Shown: one piece after another, positions 1 through 10,134 of the stretch | Numbering within the stretch: the first letter of the stretch is position 1 | How the letters are laid out: every line of letters begins with the position of its first letter | From: Gemmatimonadota bacterium | GTDB lineage: Bacteria > Gemmatimonadota > Gemmatimonadetes > Longimicrobiales > RSA9 | DNA length: 21,382 nt | Assembly (NCBI GenBank): GCA_040905425.1 | Contig: JBBDRO010000086.1 | Location: 1 to 21,382, forward strand | Reading direction: 5' to 3' | Program-made: the position numbers and the translations under genes | The notes under the pieces: generated by a model | The model's input: the letters and a program-made list of their open reading frames with translations, nothing else | Told to the model about the DNA's origin: nothing | Database searches by the model: none

Positions 1-640
1 CGTGGACTACCTCGAGATCCCGGTGGCGCTGGACGGCCTTGCCGTGGTCACGAATCCCGCCAGCGACTTCGTGGCGTGCCTGACCACGGAGGAGCTGGCC
101 AGCGTCTGGGAGCCGGGCAGCACGGTGAACCGCTGGTCGCAGATCCGGGACGGCTTCCCCGACGAGGAGATCCGGCTCTACGGGCCCGGTACCAACTCGG
201 GGACCTTCGACTACTTCACCGAGGAGATCATGGGTGAGGCGGGGGCCAGCCGCTCCGATTACAGCGCCAGCGAGGATGACAACGTGCTGGTGCAGGGCGT
301 GGAGGGGGACCGCTTCTCACTGGGCTACTTCGGCTACGCGTATTACGAGGAGAACCAGGACCGCCTGAAGGCGCTCGGCGTGGACGGCGGCAGCGGCTGC
401 GTGCAGCCCACGCCGGAGGCCGTCACCTCCGGCGCGTACCCGATCGCGCGGCCGCTCTTCATCTACGTGAGCCGGAGCGCGCTGGAGCGCCCCGAGGTGC
501 ACGCCTTCGTGAGCTTCTACCTGGAGAACGCCGCGGAGCTGGTGCCCCAGGTGGGCTACGTGGCGCTCGACCCGACCGAGTACGAGAGCGCGCGGGCCGA
601 GCTCGGGGCCGCGCCGGCGCCCGGGCCCGCGGGGTCGTGA
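1..640 (+). CDS. pstS: Phosphate ABC transporter substrate-binding protein, 5'-truncated by the window edge
   Basis: Motifs [42 protein letters not shown] and [10 protein letters not shown]. First gene of a pstSCAB-phoU cluster. Confidence 0.95.
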   Translation, partial: VDYLEIPVALDGLAVVTNPASDFVACLTTEELASVWEPGSTVNRWSQIRDGFPDEEIRLYGPGTNSGTFDYFTEEIMGEAGASRSDYSASEDDNVLVQGVEGDRFSLGYFGYAYYEENQDRLKALGVDGGSGCVQPTPEAVTSGAYPIARPLFIYVSRSALERPEVHAFVSFYLENAAELVPQVGYVALDPTEYESARAELGAAPAPGPAGS

Positions 641-641
641 C

Positions 642-1586
642 GTGAAGGGGGGCGCAGCCGCGGCGGCTCAGGGCGCCTCCTTCGGCACCGGCGCGGCCGG
701 GCTGAAGCGACGCCATGTGAAGGAGCGCTTCGTGGAGGCGGTGCTGCTGGCCTTCAGCGCGGTCTCGATCCTGACCACGGTGGGGATCGTGGCGGTCCTG
801 CTCTTCGAGTCCCTGGCCTTCTTCGGTGAGGTGTCCCCCCTGACTTTCCTCACCGGGACCAAGTGGACGCCGCTCTTCCAGGACCAGAGCTTCGGCGTGC
901 TGCCGTTGCTCGTGGGATCGCTGGTAATCGCAGGGGGCGCGGCGCTCGTGGCGCTGCCGCTCGGACTGCTCGCGGCCATCTACCTGGCCGAATACGCACG
1001 CAACGGTGTGCGCCGCGTTTTGAAGCCCGTCCTGGAGATCCTGGCGGGCGTGCCCACCGTGGTCTACGGCTACTTCGCGCTCACCTTCGTGACGCCCATC
1101 CTGAAGGGCATCTGGCCCGGCATGGACACCTACAACGCCCTCTCCGCGGCGCTGGTCATGGGCGTCATGATCATCCCCATGGTGTCCTCCCTCTCCGAGG
1201 ACGCCATGAGCGCGGTGCCGCGCTCACTGCGGGAGGGCGCGTACGCGCTGGGCGCCACGAAGTTCGAGGTCGCCACGCGCACCGTGTTGCCAGCGGCGCT
1301 GTCGGGCATCGTCGCTTCCTTCATCCTGGCGGTCTCCCGGGCTATCGGGGAGACCATGATCGTGACCATCGCGGCCGGCGCCACCGCGAACCTTACGCTG
1401 AATCCGCTCAAGAGCGTGCAGACCATGACCGCCTACATCGCGCAGACCGCCACCGGGGAGGCGCCGCACGGGTCGGTGGAGTACCGGACCATCTTCGCGG
1501 TGGGGCTCACGCTCTTTGCCATCACCCTGCTCATGAACCTGGTGAGCGCCGTGGTGCTGCGCCGCTACCGGGAGGCCTACGAATGA
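642..1586 (+). CDS. pstC: Phosphate ABC transporter permease PstC
   Basis: Multi-TM protein with [13 protein letters not shown], the EAA loop [18 protein letters not shown] and SRAIGETM. The GTG start is uncertain. Confidence 0.95.
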   Translation: MKGGAAAAAQGASFGTGAAGLKRRHVKERFVEAVLLAFSAVSILTTVGIVAVLLFESLAFFGEVSPLTFLTGTKWTPLFQDQSFGVLPLLVGSLVIAGGAALVALPLGLLAAIYLAEYARNGVRRVLKPVLEILAGVPTVVYGYFALTFVTPILKGIWPGMDTYNALSAALVMGVMIIPMVSSLSEDAMSAVPRSLREGAYALGATKFEVATRTVLPAALSGIVASFILAVSRAIGETMIVTIAAGATANLTLNPLKSVQTMTAYIAQTATGEAPHGSVEYRTIFAVGLTLFAITLLMNLVSAVVLRRYREAYE

Positions 1587-2548
1587 GCGCGCAAGATCCG
1601 CGGGCGGACGCGGCCGCGGCGGAGTCGCCGGCCACCCAGGTGGACACGGCGGCGGGGCCGCATCCGGCGGTGCAACGGGACCCCGAGCGCTTTGCGCCGC
1701 GCCTGGTGGGTCGGCGGCGCTGGGGGGTGGCGTTTCAAGCTCTCTGCCTGGCGGCCACGCTGGTGGGCGTGGTGGTGCTGGCACTCCTGCTGGTGGACAT
1801 CATCATGGACGGGGCGGGTCGGTTGTCCCTGGCGTTCCTGGACAACTTCCCCTCCCGCTTCGCGGACCGCTCGGGGGTGAAACCGGCGCTCTGGGGCTCG
1901 GCGTGGGCGCTGCTCCTCACGGTGCTGATCGCCTTCCCGCTGGGTGTGGGGACCGCCATCTGGCTGGAGGAGTACGCGCCCGACAACCGCTTCACGCGGC
2001 TGGTGGAGACCAACATTGCCAACCTGGCGGGCGTGCCCTCCATCGTGTACGGCATCCTGGGACTGGCGCTCTTCGTGCGCGCCCTGGCCATGGGCCGGAC
2101 GCTGCTGGCGGCGGGGGCTACGCTGGCACTCCTCATTCTGCCGGTCATCGTGGTGGCCTCTCAGGAGGCCTTGAAGGCGGTGCCCGGATCCATCCGGCTG
2201 GGCGCGTACGCGCTCGGCGCCACCCGCTGGGAGGCGGTCCGCTACCACGTCTTCCCGCTGGCGCTGCCGGGGATCCTGACCGGCACCATCCTGGCGCTCT
2301 CCCGCGCCGTGGGGGAGACGGCGCCGGTCATCATGGTGGGTGCGCTGGCCTTCATGTCCTATGTGCCCGACCATCCACTGGACGATGGGTTCACCGTGCT
2401 GCCCTTCCAGCTCTATTCCTGGGTGGCCAAGCCGGGCGCCGACTTCCAGGAACTGGCCGCCGCCACCGGCATCGTGCTGCTGGTGCTGCTGCTCATCATG
2501 AACGGCGGGGCCATCTACCTGCGTAACAAGTTCACCGGGGAGCGCTAG
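1583..2548 (+). CDS. pstA: Phosphate ABC transporter permease PstA
   Basis: ATG 1583 overlaps the pstC TGA (ATGA). Motifs [14 protein letters not shown] and [10 protein letters not shown]. The track start at 863 is a spurious extension. Confidence 0.95.
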   Translation: MSAQDPRADAAAAESPATQVDTAAGPHPAVQRDPERFAPRLVGRRRWGVAFQALCLAATLVGVVVLALLLVDIIMDGAGRLSLAFLDNFPSRFADRSGVKPALWGSAWALLLTVLIAFPLGVGTAIWLEEYAPDNRFTRLVETNIANLAGVPSIVYGILGLALFVRALAMGRTLLAAGATLALLILPVIVVASQEALKAVPGSIRLGAYALGATRWEAVRYHVFPLALPGILTGTILALSRAVGETAPVIMVGALAFMSYVPDHPLDDGFTVLPFQLYSWVAKPGADFQELAAATGIVLLVLLLIMNGGAIYLRNKFTGER

Positions 2549-3357
2549 TGTCCACACACGGCAGTACCGTGGCGGAGAGCACCACCGAATCCATCCTGAC
2601 GCCGCCGGGGCAGCACGAGCTGGAGGCGCGGGAGCTGACTGTCCTCTACGGGGAGACGCCGGCGGTCAAGGGCGTGTCCATCAAGATCCCCGACCGCAAG
2701 GTGGTGGCCTTCATCGGCCCCTCGGGGTGTGGCAAGAGCACGCTGCTGCGCTGTTTCAACAGGATGAATGACCTCATCCCGGGCGCCCGGGTGGAGGGGG
2801 AGGCCCTCTTCCAGGGCCAGAACCTCTACGAGCGGCGCGTGGACCCCGTGGACGTGCGGCGGCGCATAGGGATGGTGTTCCAGAAGCCCAACCCGTTCCC
2901 CAAGTCCGTCCACGACAACATTGCCTTCGGCCCGCGCATCAACGGCTACAGCGGAGACATGGGCGAACTGGTGGAGCGCTCGCTGCGCCAGGCCGCGCTG
3001 TGGGACGAGGTCAAGGACCGCCTGGACGCCAGCGCGCTGGCGCTGTCGGGCGGCCAGCAGCAGCGGCTGTGCATTGCCCGCGCGCTGGCCGTGGAGCCCG
3101 AGGTGCTGCTCATGGACGAGCCGGCCTCGGCGCTGGATCCCATTGCCACGCAGAAGATCGAGGACCTCATCTACGAGCTGAAGCGCGACTACACGGTGGT
3201 CATCGTGACGCACAACATGCAGCAGGCGGCGCGCGTTTCCGACTACACCGCATTCCTTTACATGGGGGAGCTGGTGGAGTACGGTGCCACGAAGGGGATC
3301 TTCACGACCCCGCGGGAGGATCGCACGGAAGCCTACATCACCGGGAGGTTCGGATGA
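2548..3357 (+). CDS. pstB: Phosphate ABC transporter ATP-binding protein
   Basis: Walker [19 protein letters not shown], signature LSGGQQQR, Walker B LLMDEP, THNMQQA and C-terminal YITGRFG. Confidence 0.97.
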   Translation: MSTHGSTVAESTTESILTPPGQHELEARELTVLYGETPAVKGVSIKIPDRKVVAFIGPSGCGKSTLLRCFNRMNDLIPGARVEGEALFQGQNLYERRVDPVDVRRRIGMVFQKPNPFPKSVHDNIAFGPRINGYSGDMGELVERSLRQAALWDEVKDRLDASALALSGGQQQRLCIARALAVEPEVLLMDEPASALDPIATQKIEDLIYELKRDYTVVIVTHNMQQAARVSDYTAFLYMGELVEYGATKGIFTTPREDRTEAYITGRFG

Positions 3358-4061
3358 GCCAGCGTCACTTCCAGGACCAGCTGGACCTCCTCAAGTCCCA
3401 ACTGGTGGCCATGGCCGGCCTGGCGGAGGACGCGGTCAAGGAGGCGGTCCTGGCCCTCCTGAACCGGGATCCGGAGCGCGCGCAGCGGGTGATCGAGCGG
3501 GATGACGCCCTGGATGATCTGGAAGTTGAGATCGAGGAGCAGGCCGTGAATCTGCTGGCCCTGCAGCAGCCCATGGCGCGGGACCTCCGGCTCATCACCA
3601 TGGCCATGAAGATCTCCAGTGACCTGGAGCGCGTGGGGGATCACGCCGTCAACATTGCCGACACGCTGAGCTATCTCGTGGACGCGCCGGTCTTTCCGGT
3701 GCTCCCGGAGATCGAGGAGATGACCCGTGTTGCGGGGGACATGCTGGGGGAGTCACTCGACGCCTTCGTGCGGCGGGACAGCGAGCTGGCCCGCAAGGTG
3801 CTGAAAATGGACGACCGGGTGGACGAGCTGCACGACAACAACTTCCGCATTCTGCTCACCCACATGATGGAGGATCCGCGTAAGATCACCGCGGGCATGG
3901 ACCTGCTGCTCATCTCCGGCAACCTGGAGCGCATCGCCGACCTGGCCACCAACATCTGCGAAGAGGTCATCTACATGGTGGAGGGGCGCACGGTGAAGCA
4001 TCACCAGGAGCGTGGCGGGCAGCCGCCGGCGCCGGATGGGAGCGCGGCGGAACCGGCCTGA
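3354..4061 (+). CDS. phoU: Phosphate signalling complex protein PhoU
   Basis: ATG 3354 overlaps the pstB stop. Motifs [21 protein letters not shown] and [13 protein letters not shown] (two PhoU repeats). Confidence 0.96.
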   Translation: MSQRHFQDQLDLLKSQLVAMAGLAEDAVKEAVLALLNRDPERAQRVIERDDALDDLEVEIEEQAVNLLALQQPMARDLRLITMAMKISSDLERVGDHAVNIADTLSYLVDAPVFPVLPEIEEMTRVAGDMLGESLDAFVRRDSELARKVLKMDDRVDELHDNNFRILLTHMMEDPRKITAGMDLLLISGNLERIADLATNICEEVIYMVEGRTVKHHQERGGQPPAPDGSAAEPA

Positions 4062-4129
4062 GGGTGCCGGTGGGGAGCGCGGCGGAACCGGCCTGAGGGT
4101 GCTGGTGGGGAGCGCGGCGGAACCGGCCT
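4038..4129. repeat. 35-bp tandem repeat, about 2.6 copies, spanning the phoU stop codon
   Basis: AGCGCGGCGGAACCGGCCT occurs at 4041, 4076 and 4111 (period 35). Linkers GAGGGTGCCGGTGGGG and GAGGGTGCTGGTGGGG differ at one base. Confidence 0.95.
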
Positions 4130-4156
4130 CGCCGCGCCGGGTGGCCGACCCCTCGC

Positions 4157-4185
4157 TTGACACACCCCGCTCCGGGCGGCAATCT
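4157..4185 (+). promoter_or_regulatory. Putative sigma70 promoter for the SDR cluster
   Basis: TTGACA (4157-4162), 17-nt spacer, CAATCT (4180-4185), in a GC-rich intergenic region. Confidence 0.55.
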
Positions 4186-4334
4186 CCGCAGTCTTCGACG
4201 CGCGTGTGCGAGAGCGCCCGCGTGTGCGCCCCGATGGCCACGAACGCCGCCGCCGGACCGGGTGGCGCCCGCCGCGTCGTGGCGCTCTTCTTGACCAGCG
4301 CAGGGGAGGCGATGCCGGCTCGGGAGCGTACGCG

Positions 4335-5228
4335 TTGAAGGGCCGTGGCCAGCCCAACGGCAATCCCACCGTGGACACGGGGGAGCGCAGCGCCGGCCAC
4401 GCCGTGGAGCAGTTCCTGGCGGAGGTGGTGGAGGAGACGAAGCCCGCGCCGGTAGGGCGCGGCCAGGGGTTGCGCGGAGGGGTGGCGCTGGTGACCGGCG
4501 GGGCCACGGGCATCGGGCGCGCCATCGTGCTGGAACTGGCGCGGCAGGGTACGTCAGTGGCCTTCAACTACCTCGATGACGGGGAGGGCCGGGTGGCGGC
4601 GGATGCCGAGCGCCTGGGCGCCGAGCTCCGTCAGCTCGAGGTGCGCAGCTGGTGTCGGGAGTGCGACGTGCGCGATGCGGAAGATGTGGCGCGCTTCCTG
4701 AACGAAGTGCGTGAGCACCTGGGGGACGATCCGGGCATACTGGTCAACAACGCCGGCATCGCTCGTGACCATGCCCTGTGGCGGCTCACGGACCACGAGT
4801 GGTCCAGCGTTCTGGACACGAACCTGACCGGCGCCTTCAACATGATCCGGGCCGTGGCACCGGCCATGCGCGCTCGTCAGGACGGCAAGATCGTGAACAT
4901 TGCGTCCGTCCACGGCCTGCGCAGCGAATTCGGCCTGGCCAATTATGCGGCCTCCAAGGCGGGTCTGATTGGCCTGACCTATTCAGCGGCCATCGAACTG
5001 GGGCCGTCCAACGTGAACGTGAACGCCGTGGCCCCGGGTTACATCCGCACCACCCGGCTCACGGACGGGGTGCCGCCCGAAGTGCTCGATCGGGCGCGCG
5101 AGAAGGCCGTCCTCGGCCGGCTCGGGGATCCGCAGGACGTGGCCCATGTGGTGGTTTTCCTGTGCTCGGAGATGGCGCGCCACATCACGGGTGCCGTGAT
5201 TCCGGTGGACGGCGGCCACATTCTGTAA
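4335..5228 (+). CDS. Classical SDR oxidoreductase (FabG/3-oxoacyl reductase-like)
   Basis: TGGATGIG, NNAG, catalytic Ser (IASV), YAASK, NAVAPG and VDGG. Start uncertain: TTG 4335 follows GGGAG, and later GTGs are possible. Confidence 0.9.
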   Translation: MKGRGQPNGNPTVDTGERSAGHAVEQFLAEVVEETKPAPVGRGQGLRGGVALVTGGATGIGRAIVLELARQGTSVAFNYLDDGEGRVAADAERLGAELRQLEVRSWCRECDVRDAEDVARFLNEVREHLGDDPGILVNNAGIARDHALWRLTDHEWSSVLDTNLTGAFNMIRAVAPAMRARQDGKIVNIASVHGLRSEFGLANYAASKAGLIGLTYSAAIELGPSNVNVNAVAPGYIRTTRLTDGVPPEVLDRAREKAVLGRLGDPQDVAHVVVFLCSEMARHITGAVIPVDGGHIL

Positions 5229-5249
5229 GTGAAGCGGTGGAGAAATGCC

Positions 5250-6026
5250 ATGAGTGAGACCGAGTTCAAGTATATACGGCTGGAGGGACAGGATCAGGTG
5301 GCCACGCTCACGCTGGACCGCCCGCCCGCCAATCTCCTCAACATGGCCATGATGGAGGAGATCAATCAGGCGCTGCTCTCGCTGCGCGGCCGCGAGAATC
5401 TGGAGGTGCTGGTGATTCGCGGCGCCGCGGGCAACTTCTGCGAGGGCCTGGACCTGCGGGAGCACGAGAAGAAGCGCGTGCAACGCCTGCTGCAGGTCTA
5501 TTTTCGTATCTTCGAGTCCATCCGCATCGTGGACGTGATCTCCATTGCCGCCGTGGAGGGGCGGGCGTGGGGCGCCGGCTTCGAGCTGGCCCTGGGCTGC
5601 AACATGATCGTGGCCTCCGAGACGGCCTCCTTCGCCTTGCCGGAAGTGGCGCACGGCCTGATCCCGCCCGTGGCGGCGGCGGTCCTGCCGCGCATCGCAC
5701 CCCGCCGGCGCGCCATGGAGTGGATCCTGACGGGCAGCCAGATCAGCGCGCGGCGCCTGGAGCACGACGGAGTGGTGAACCGCCTCTTTCCGGTGGACGC
5801 CTTCGATGAGCCGCTGGCCGCCTTCGTGTCCCTCATCACGGGCAAGAGCGGCCCCGTCATGCAGCTGGCCAAGCGTGCGCAGATGGAGGCTTACTACCGC
5901 AACTTCCCGGATGCCCTGTCCACCATCCAGACGCTCTATCTGAAGGAACTCATGGCCCTCTCCGATGCCCGGGAGGGTCCCAAGGCCCAGCGGGAGAACC
6001 GCGAACCCGTCTGGAAGAACGCTTGA
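5250..6026 (+). CDS. Enoyl-CoA hydratase/isomerase (crotonase) family, resembling cyclohexa-1,5-dienecarbonyl-CoA hydratases
   Basis: LTLDRPPAN, GAGFELA and FALPEV (both catalytic Glu present), C-terminal LYLKELM...DAREG. ATG 5250 follows a GGAG. Confidence 0.88.
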   Translation: MSETEFKYIRLEGQDQVATLTLDRPPANLLNMAMMEEINQALLSLRGRENLEVLVIRGAAGNFCEGLDLREHEKKRVQRLLQVYFRIFESIRIVDVISIAAVEGRAWGAGFELALGCNMIVASETASFALPEVAHGLIPPVAAAVLPRIAPRRRAMEWILTGSQISARRLEHDGVVNRLFPVDAFDEPLAAFVSLITGKSGPVMQLAKRAQMEAYYRNFPDALSTIQTLYLKELMALSDAREGPKAQRENREPVWKNA

Positions 6027-6646
6027 GCGCGCCCCTCCGACGTTGGCTGGCCGCCGCCCTCCTGCTCATCGCGGGCTGCGGTGGCCGCGCTGCCCCACCA
6101 TCCCCCGATGCCGTGCAGACGCGCCCCCCGGGCATGGCGGGTCAACGGGTCATGGTGCTGCCCGCGCAGCCCGCGCGCGGGCAGGTGCCCGAGGCGGCGC
6201 GCCCGGAGGGCCCGCTCGAGGCAGTGCTGGGTCTGGACACCGCTTTGGCCGTGGGGCTCCAACGGACCGCTCCGGAGGTGGACTGGGTACATGCACCGCA
6301 GGTGGAGCGTGCCGCGGCCCGCAATCCCGCACTGCAGATCCGCCCGCGGCAGCTGGCCGTAGGCAGTTTCCACGGTGCGCGGGTCGTGAACATCGGCGAT
6401 CCCCTTTTCGGGGACCTGCGCACGCTGGCCGCCATCCTGGACGCCCGCTGGGCGCTGGTGCCGGTGGCCGCGGGATACGTGGAGGACGGGGCCGGGAGCG
6501 GCAGGGTGGAGGTGGCCGTGGCGCTCATCGACACCACGGGTGGTGCGGTGGTCTGGTACGGGGTGGTGGCGGGGGAGCCGGGGCCGCGAGGCCCGGATGC
6601 CGGGGCGTCAGCCGCCGCGGCGCTGGCGAGATTGTTCGAAAAGTGA
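6023..6646 (+). CDS. Hypothetical lipoprotein
   Basis: TTG start overlaps the upstream TGA. Signal peptide RRWLAAALLLIAG-C with a lipobox. Confidence 0.75.
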   Translation: MSAPLRRWLAAALLLIAGCGGRAAPPSPDAVQTRPPGMAGQRVMVLPAQPARGQVPEAARPEGPLEAVLGLDTALAVGLQRTAPEVDWVHAPQVERAAARNPALQIRPRQLAVGSFHGARVVNIGDPLFGDLRTLAAILDARWALVPVAAGYVEDGAGSGRVEVAVALIDTTGGAVVWYGVVAGEPGPRGPDAGASAAAALARLFEK

Positions 6647-6652
6647 AAGACG

Positions 6653-7189
6653 ATGCCATATATGACGCGTTCTATCATCGGCCTCCTGGCCGTTTTCGCA
6701 CTGCTGCCTGCCTGCGAATGGGTGACGCCTGACCGGCCGGATCTGACACTCCCGCCGGTGGACAGCGTGCGCGCCGTCTATGCGCGGGAGGGCATGGCCA
6801 CCCAGGAAATCGACTTCAACGGCAACGTGGTGGAGATCACCGTGCAGCAGCGTCCCGACGACCTGCAGCGTGGCGGCTCGTTGTGGGCCCGGGTGGGACC
6901 CTACATCTATCTCTTCACGCCGGGCACGCGGGAACTCTTCCTGAGGTGGGAGGGGATCGCCGGAGTGCGCGTGATCACGCAGGTGGGCGGCAGGGAGGTG
7001 GCCCGGGCGCTGTTGCTGCGTACCGAGCTGGAGGACCAGTTGTGGCACCGGTCGCTCAACCTGGTCGGCCGCGCCATGCAGGAGGGGACCGTACGGCCCT
7101 CGCGCCTGGAGGAGTTGGTGCGCTGGGGTGAGGAGCGTACCGAGTACGAATACAATCCCGAGTTCGTGTCCCGGCCCGGGTCAGAGTAA
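6653..7189 (+). CDS. Hypothetical lipoprotein
   Basis: Signal MTRSIIGLLAVFALLPA-C (start 6653 or 6662). Fills the gap in the operon with GC-biased codon usage. Confidence 0.8.
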   Translation: MPYMTRSIIGLLAVFALLPACEWVTPDRPDLTLPPVDSVRAVYAREGMATQEIDFNGNVVEITVQQRPDDLQRGGSLWARVGPYIYLFTPGTRELFLRWEGIAGVRVITQVGGREVARALLLRTELEDQLWHRSLNLVGRAMQEGTVRPSRLEELVRWGEERTEYEYNPEFVSRPGSE

Positions 7190-7205
7190 GGAAAGCAGAA
7201 CAAGC

Positions 7206-8228
7206 ATGAAGTCCACCGTAACGCTCGTACCCGGAGACGGGATCGGACCGTCCATCACCGCCGCGACCGTGCGTGTCCTCGAGGCCGCGGGCGCGGCCGT
7301 GGAATGGGACCGACATGTGGCTGGCGTGGCCGCCCTGGAGGAACACCAGCTCCACACGCCGCTGCCCGACGAGACGCTGGATTCCGTGCGCCGTCACGGT
7401 GTCATGCTGAAGGGGCCGCTCACCACCCCCGTGGGCGTGGGCTTCCGCTCGATCAACGTGGCGCTGCGCAAGGAGTTCGACCTCTACGCCAACGTGCGCC
7501 CCGCACGCACCCTCATGGCTGGCGGCCGCTACGAAGACATCGACCTGGTCCTCATCCGCGAGAACACGGAGGGCCTCTACGTGGGTGTGGAGCACTACAT
7601 CGGCATGGGGGACGATCCGCGCGCCGCCGCCGAATCGGTGATGCTCGTCACGCGCTTTGGCATCGATCGGATCCTGCGCTACGCGTTCGAATACGCCCTG
7701 GCCAACGGGCGCGGGAAGGTGACGCTGGCCCACAAGGCCAACATCCTGAAGTTCACGCAGGGTCTCTTCGTGGAGGAGGGCCGCAAGATCGCCGAGGAGT
7801 ACACCGGCCGCGTGGACTACGACGAGCGCATCATCGACGCCGCGGCCATGCAGCTGGTGCTCAACCCCTATCAGTTCGACGTGCTGGTGATGGAGAACAT
7901 GTTCGGGGACATCCTGAGTGACCTGATGGCCGGGCTGGTGGGCGGGTTGGGCATGGCGCCGGGCGGCAACATCGGCAAGGACGCCGCCATGTTCGAGCCG
8001 GTGCACGGCTCCGCCCCGGACCTGGTGGGGCAGGGGATCGCCAATCCCACGGCCATGATCCTGGCCGGCTGCATGATGCTCGACCACATCGGCCAGCCGG
8101 AGGCGGCGGCGCGGGTGCGCGGGGCGCTGGACGCCGCGCTGGCGGCCGGTGAGGGCCTCACCCCCGACCTGGGCGGCTCGGGCACCACGGACGGCTTTGC
8201 CGAGGCGGTGCTGCGCGAGCTGGGCTGA
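7206..8228 (+). CDS. icd: Isocitrate dehydrogenase, probably NAD-dependent (isocitrate/isopropylmalate dehydrogenase family)
   Basis: [15 protein letters not shown] (isocitrate-type Ser/Asn), [24 protein letters not shown] and [13 protein letters not shown] 7206 follows AAGGAAAG. Confidence 0.85.
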   Translation: MKSTVTLVPGDGIGPSITAATVRVLEAAGAAVEWDRHVAGVAALEEHQLHTPLPDETLDSVRRHGVMLKGPLTTPVGVGFRSINVALRKEFDLYANVRPARTLMAGGRYEDIDLVLIRENTEGLYVGVEHYIGMGDDPRAAAESVMLVTRFGIDRILRYAFEYALANGRGKVTLAHKANILKFTQGLFVEEGRKIAEEYTGRVDYDERIIDAAAMQLVLNPYQFDVLVMENMFGDILSDLMAGLVGGLGMAPGGNIGKDAAMFEPVHGSAPDLVGQGIANPTAMILAGCMMLDHIGQPEAAARVRGALDAALAAGEGLTPDLGGSGTTDGFAEAVLRELG

Positions 8229-8328
8229 CGGCGCCGGCTCCGGTAAGCGACGTCCCCGCGCCACCCACCGGGCCGCGCGGCGTGCGCCGCGCCCGCCCTT
8301 CGATGGCTCCGCGCAGGTGCGTCCTCCG

Positions 8329-8524
8329 CTACGCGGCGTGGCGGTGGGGGAGGGTGCGCTCCGTCAGCTCGTCCGCGATGGTGCGGGCGGCGTCGGGGGC
8401 GGCCCATGCCCAGCGCCGCACTCGTGGTGAGGCCGCCGGGCTTGGTGACCACCACGTCGGCGGCGGCCAGCAGGTAGGGGACGTCCCGGCGGAAGCCCAG
8501 GGGGAGGAGCCGGTCCCTGCCCAC
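8329..8524 (-). pseudogene. Remnant of a GT28/UgtP (MGDG synthase-like) glycosyltransferase C-terminal domain
   Basis: [34 protein letters not shown], then in a shifted frame [22 protein letters not shown]. The N-terminal domain and the intervening segment are absent. Confidence 0.8.
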
Positions 8525-8827
8525 GTGGCGCGTCCGCTGGTGCCTCTTCTGGGTGCTGGATCTTCATCCCCGTGGGGCTCTGGCTCGACGTGGTGAGTCT
8601 ATAAGGACGCGTCCCGGCGTCCGCTCGCCGGGCCATCCTGCGCGTGCGCGCCGCTGCATCCCCGGCGGCCGCCCCGGACCGGGCGGAGCCCCGGTGCGTG
8701 GGCGCGGGGACGTCGCTTCATACGCACGCCGCGTCTGCGTCCCGGGAAGCGGCGCGGCGCCCTCGCGGCCCGGAGCGTGCGCCCGTACCTTGCCCGGCCC
8801 GTTCAGGACCTCAGGGAGAGACGATAG

Positions 8828-10006
8828 ATGCCGAAATTCCAGGGAATCGACTACTTCGACGCCGACAGCCTGCTCAGTGAGGAAGAGCGCATGGTGCGGG
8901 ACACCGTGCGCACGTGGGTGGATGACAACCTCATGCCCGTCATCCAGGACGCCTACATCCAGCGCACCTTTCCGAAGCAGCTCATTCCGCAGATGGCGGA
9001 GCTCGGGATGTTGGGCGCCAATCTTCCCGAGGAGTATGGCTGCGCCGGCCTGAACAACGTGGCCTACGGGCTCATTATGCAGGAGCTCGAGCGTGGCGAC
9101 TCGGGGATTCGCTCCTTCGCCTCCGTGCAGGGGGCGCTGTGCATGTACCCCATCTACGCCTTCGGCAACGAGGAACAGCGGCAGAAGTATCTGCCCGGCA
9201 TGGCGGCGGGGGAGATCATCGGCTGCTTCGGGCTGACGGAGCCCGACTACGGCTCCGACCCCGGCGGCATGATCACCACGGCCCGCAAGGACGGGGACGG
9301 CTGGGTGCTGAACGGCGCCAAGATGTGGATCACCAACGGCTCCATGGCGGACATTGCCATCGTCTGGGCCAAGACCGAGAAGGATGACGCCAGGAGTATC
9401 CGCGGCTTCATCGTGCCCACGGACGCGCCGGGCTTCACTGCGCGCGATCAGAAGGGGAAGCTCTCCCTCCTGGCCTCGGACACCAGCGAGCTGGTGCTGG
9501 AGGATGTGCGAGTGGGTGCCGAGGCGCTGCTGCCCGATTCGGGCGGGCTCAAGAGCCCCCTCTCCTGCCTGACGCAGGCCCGCTACGGCATTGCCTTCGG
9601 GGCGGTCGGGGCGGCCATGGCCTGCCTGGACGAGGCGCTGGCCTACGCCAAGGAGCGGGTCATGTTCGGCGAGCCCATCGGCGCCAAGCAGATCCAGCAG
9701 CAGCGGTTAGCGGATATGCTCACGGCCGTCACCCAGGGGCAGCTCCTGGTGATCCAGCTGGGCCGGCTCAAGGACCGGGATGTGCTCCGCCCGCAGCAGG
9801 TTTCCCTGGCCAAGCGCGCCAACTGTGACATGGCGTGCGACGTGGCCCGCGAGGCGCGCCGCCTGCTGGGCGCCAACGGGATCCTGGTGGAGTATTCGGC
9901 CATGCGGCACATGGCCAACCTGGAGTCCGTCTACACCTACGAGGGCACGCATGACATCCATGGCCTCATCCTGGGGCATGACCTGACGGGGCTGCCGGCG
10001 TATTGA
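8828..10006 (+). CDS. gcdH: Acyl-CoA dehydrogenase, glutaryl-CoA dehydrogenase-like
   Basis: ELERGDSGIRSFASVQ, GCFGLTEPDYGSDP, LNGAKMWITNG and NLESVYTYEGTHDIH. RBS GGAGAG. Confidence 0.85.
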   Translation: MPKFQGIDYFDADSLLSEEERMVRDTVRTWVDDNLMPVIQDAYIQRTFPKQLIPQMAELGMLGANLPEEYGCAGLNNVAYGLIMQELERGDSGIRSFASVQGALCMYPIYAFGNEEQRQKYLPGMAAGEIIGCFGLTEPDYGSDPGGMITTARKDGDGWVLNGAKMWITNGSMADIAIVWAKTEKDDARSIRGFIVPTDAPGFTARDQKGKLSLLASDTSELVLEDVRVGAEALLPDSGGLKSPLSCLTQARYGIAFGAVGAAMACLDEALAYAKERVMFGEPIGAKQIQQQRLADMLTAVTQGQLLVIQLGRLKDRDVLRPQQVSLAKRANCDMACDVAREARRLLGANGILVEYSAMRHMANLESVYTYEGTHDIHGLILGHDLTGLPAY

Positions 10007-10134
10007 GCGGCGGAGCCTTGCGTGCTCCCTGACTGGCGTGGCGCCGGCTTCCGGACCCGAGCCGGGCGGGGGCATATGGCTTGCACACCATGGGGGTGAC
10101 CGAACCAACGATCATCCCGCCAGGAGGTAGCCAT

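Noticed and set aside
863..1582. N-terminal extensions in the ORF track (pstA from 863, phoU from 3000, icd from 7128, YbjN-like from 18650, DUF4112 from 17914)
   Set aside because: They overlap real neighbouring genes. Downstream starts with an RBS, a stop-start overlap or a matching family N-terminus fit better.
4038..4129. 35-bp periodic repeat as a mini-CRISPR array
   Set aside because: The would-be spacers are near-identical and only 16 nt long, and there are no cas genes. It is a plain tandem repeat.
1..4200. Pho boxes
   Set aside because: The pstS promoter is outside the window and I saw no CTGTCAT-like 11-bp-period repeats.
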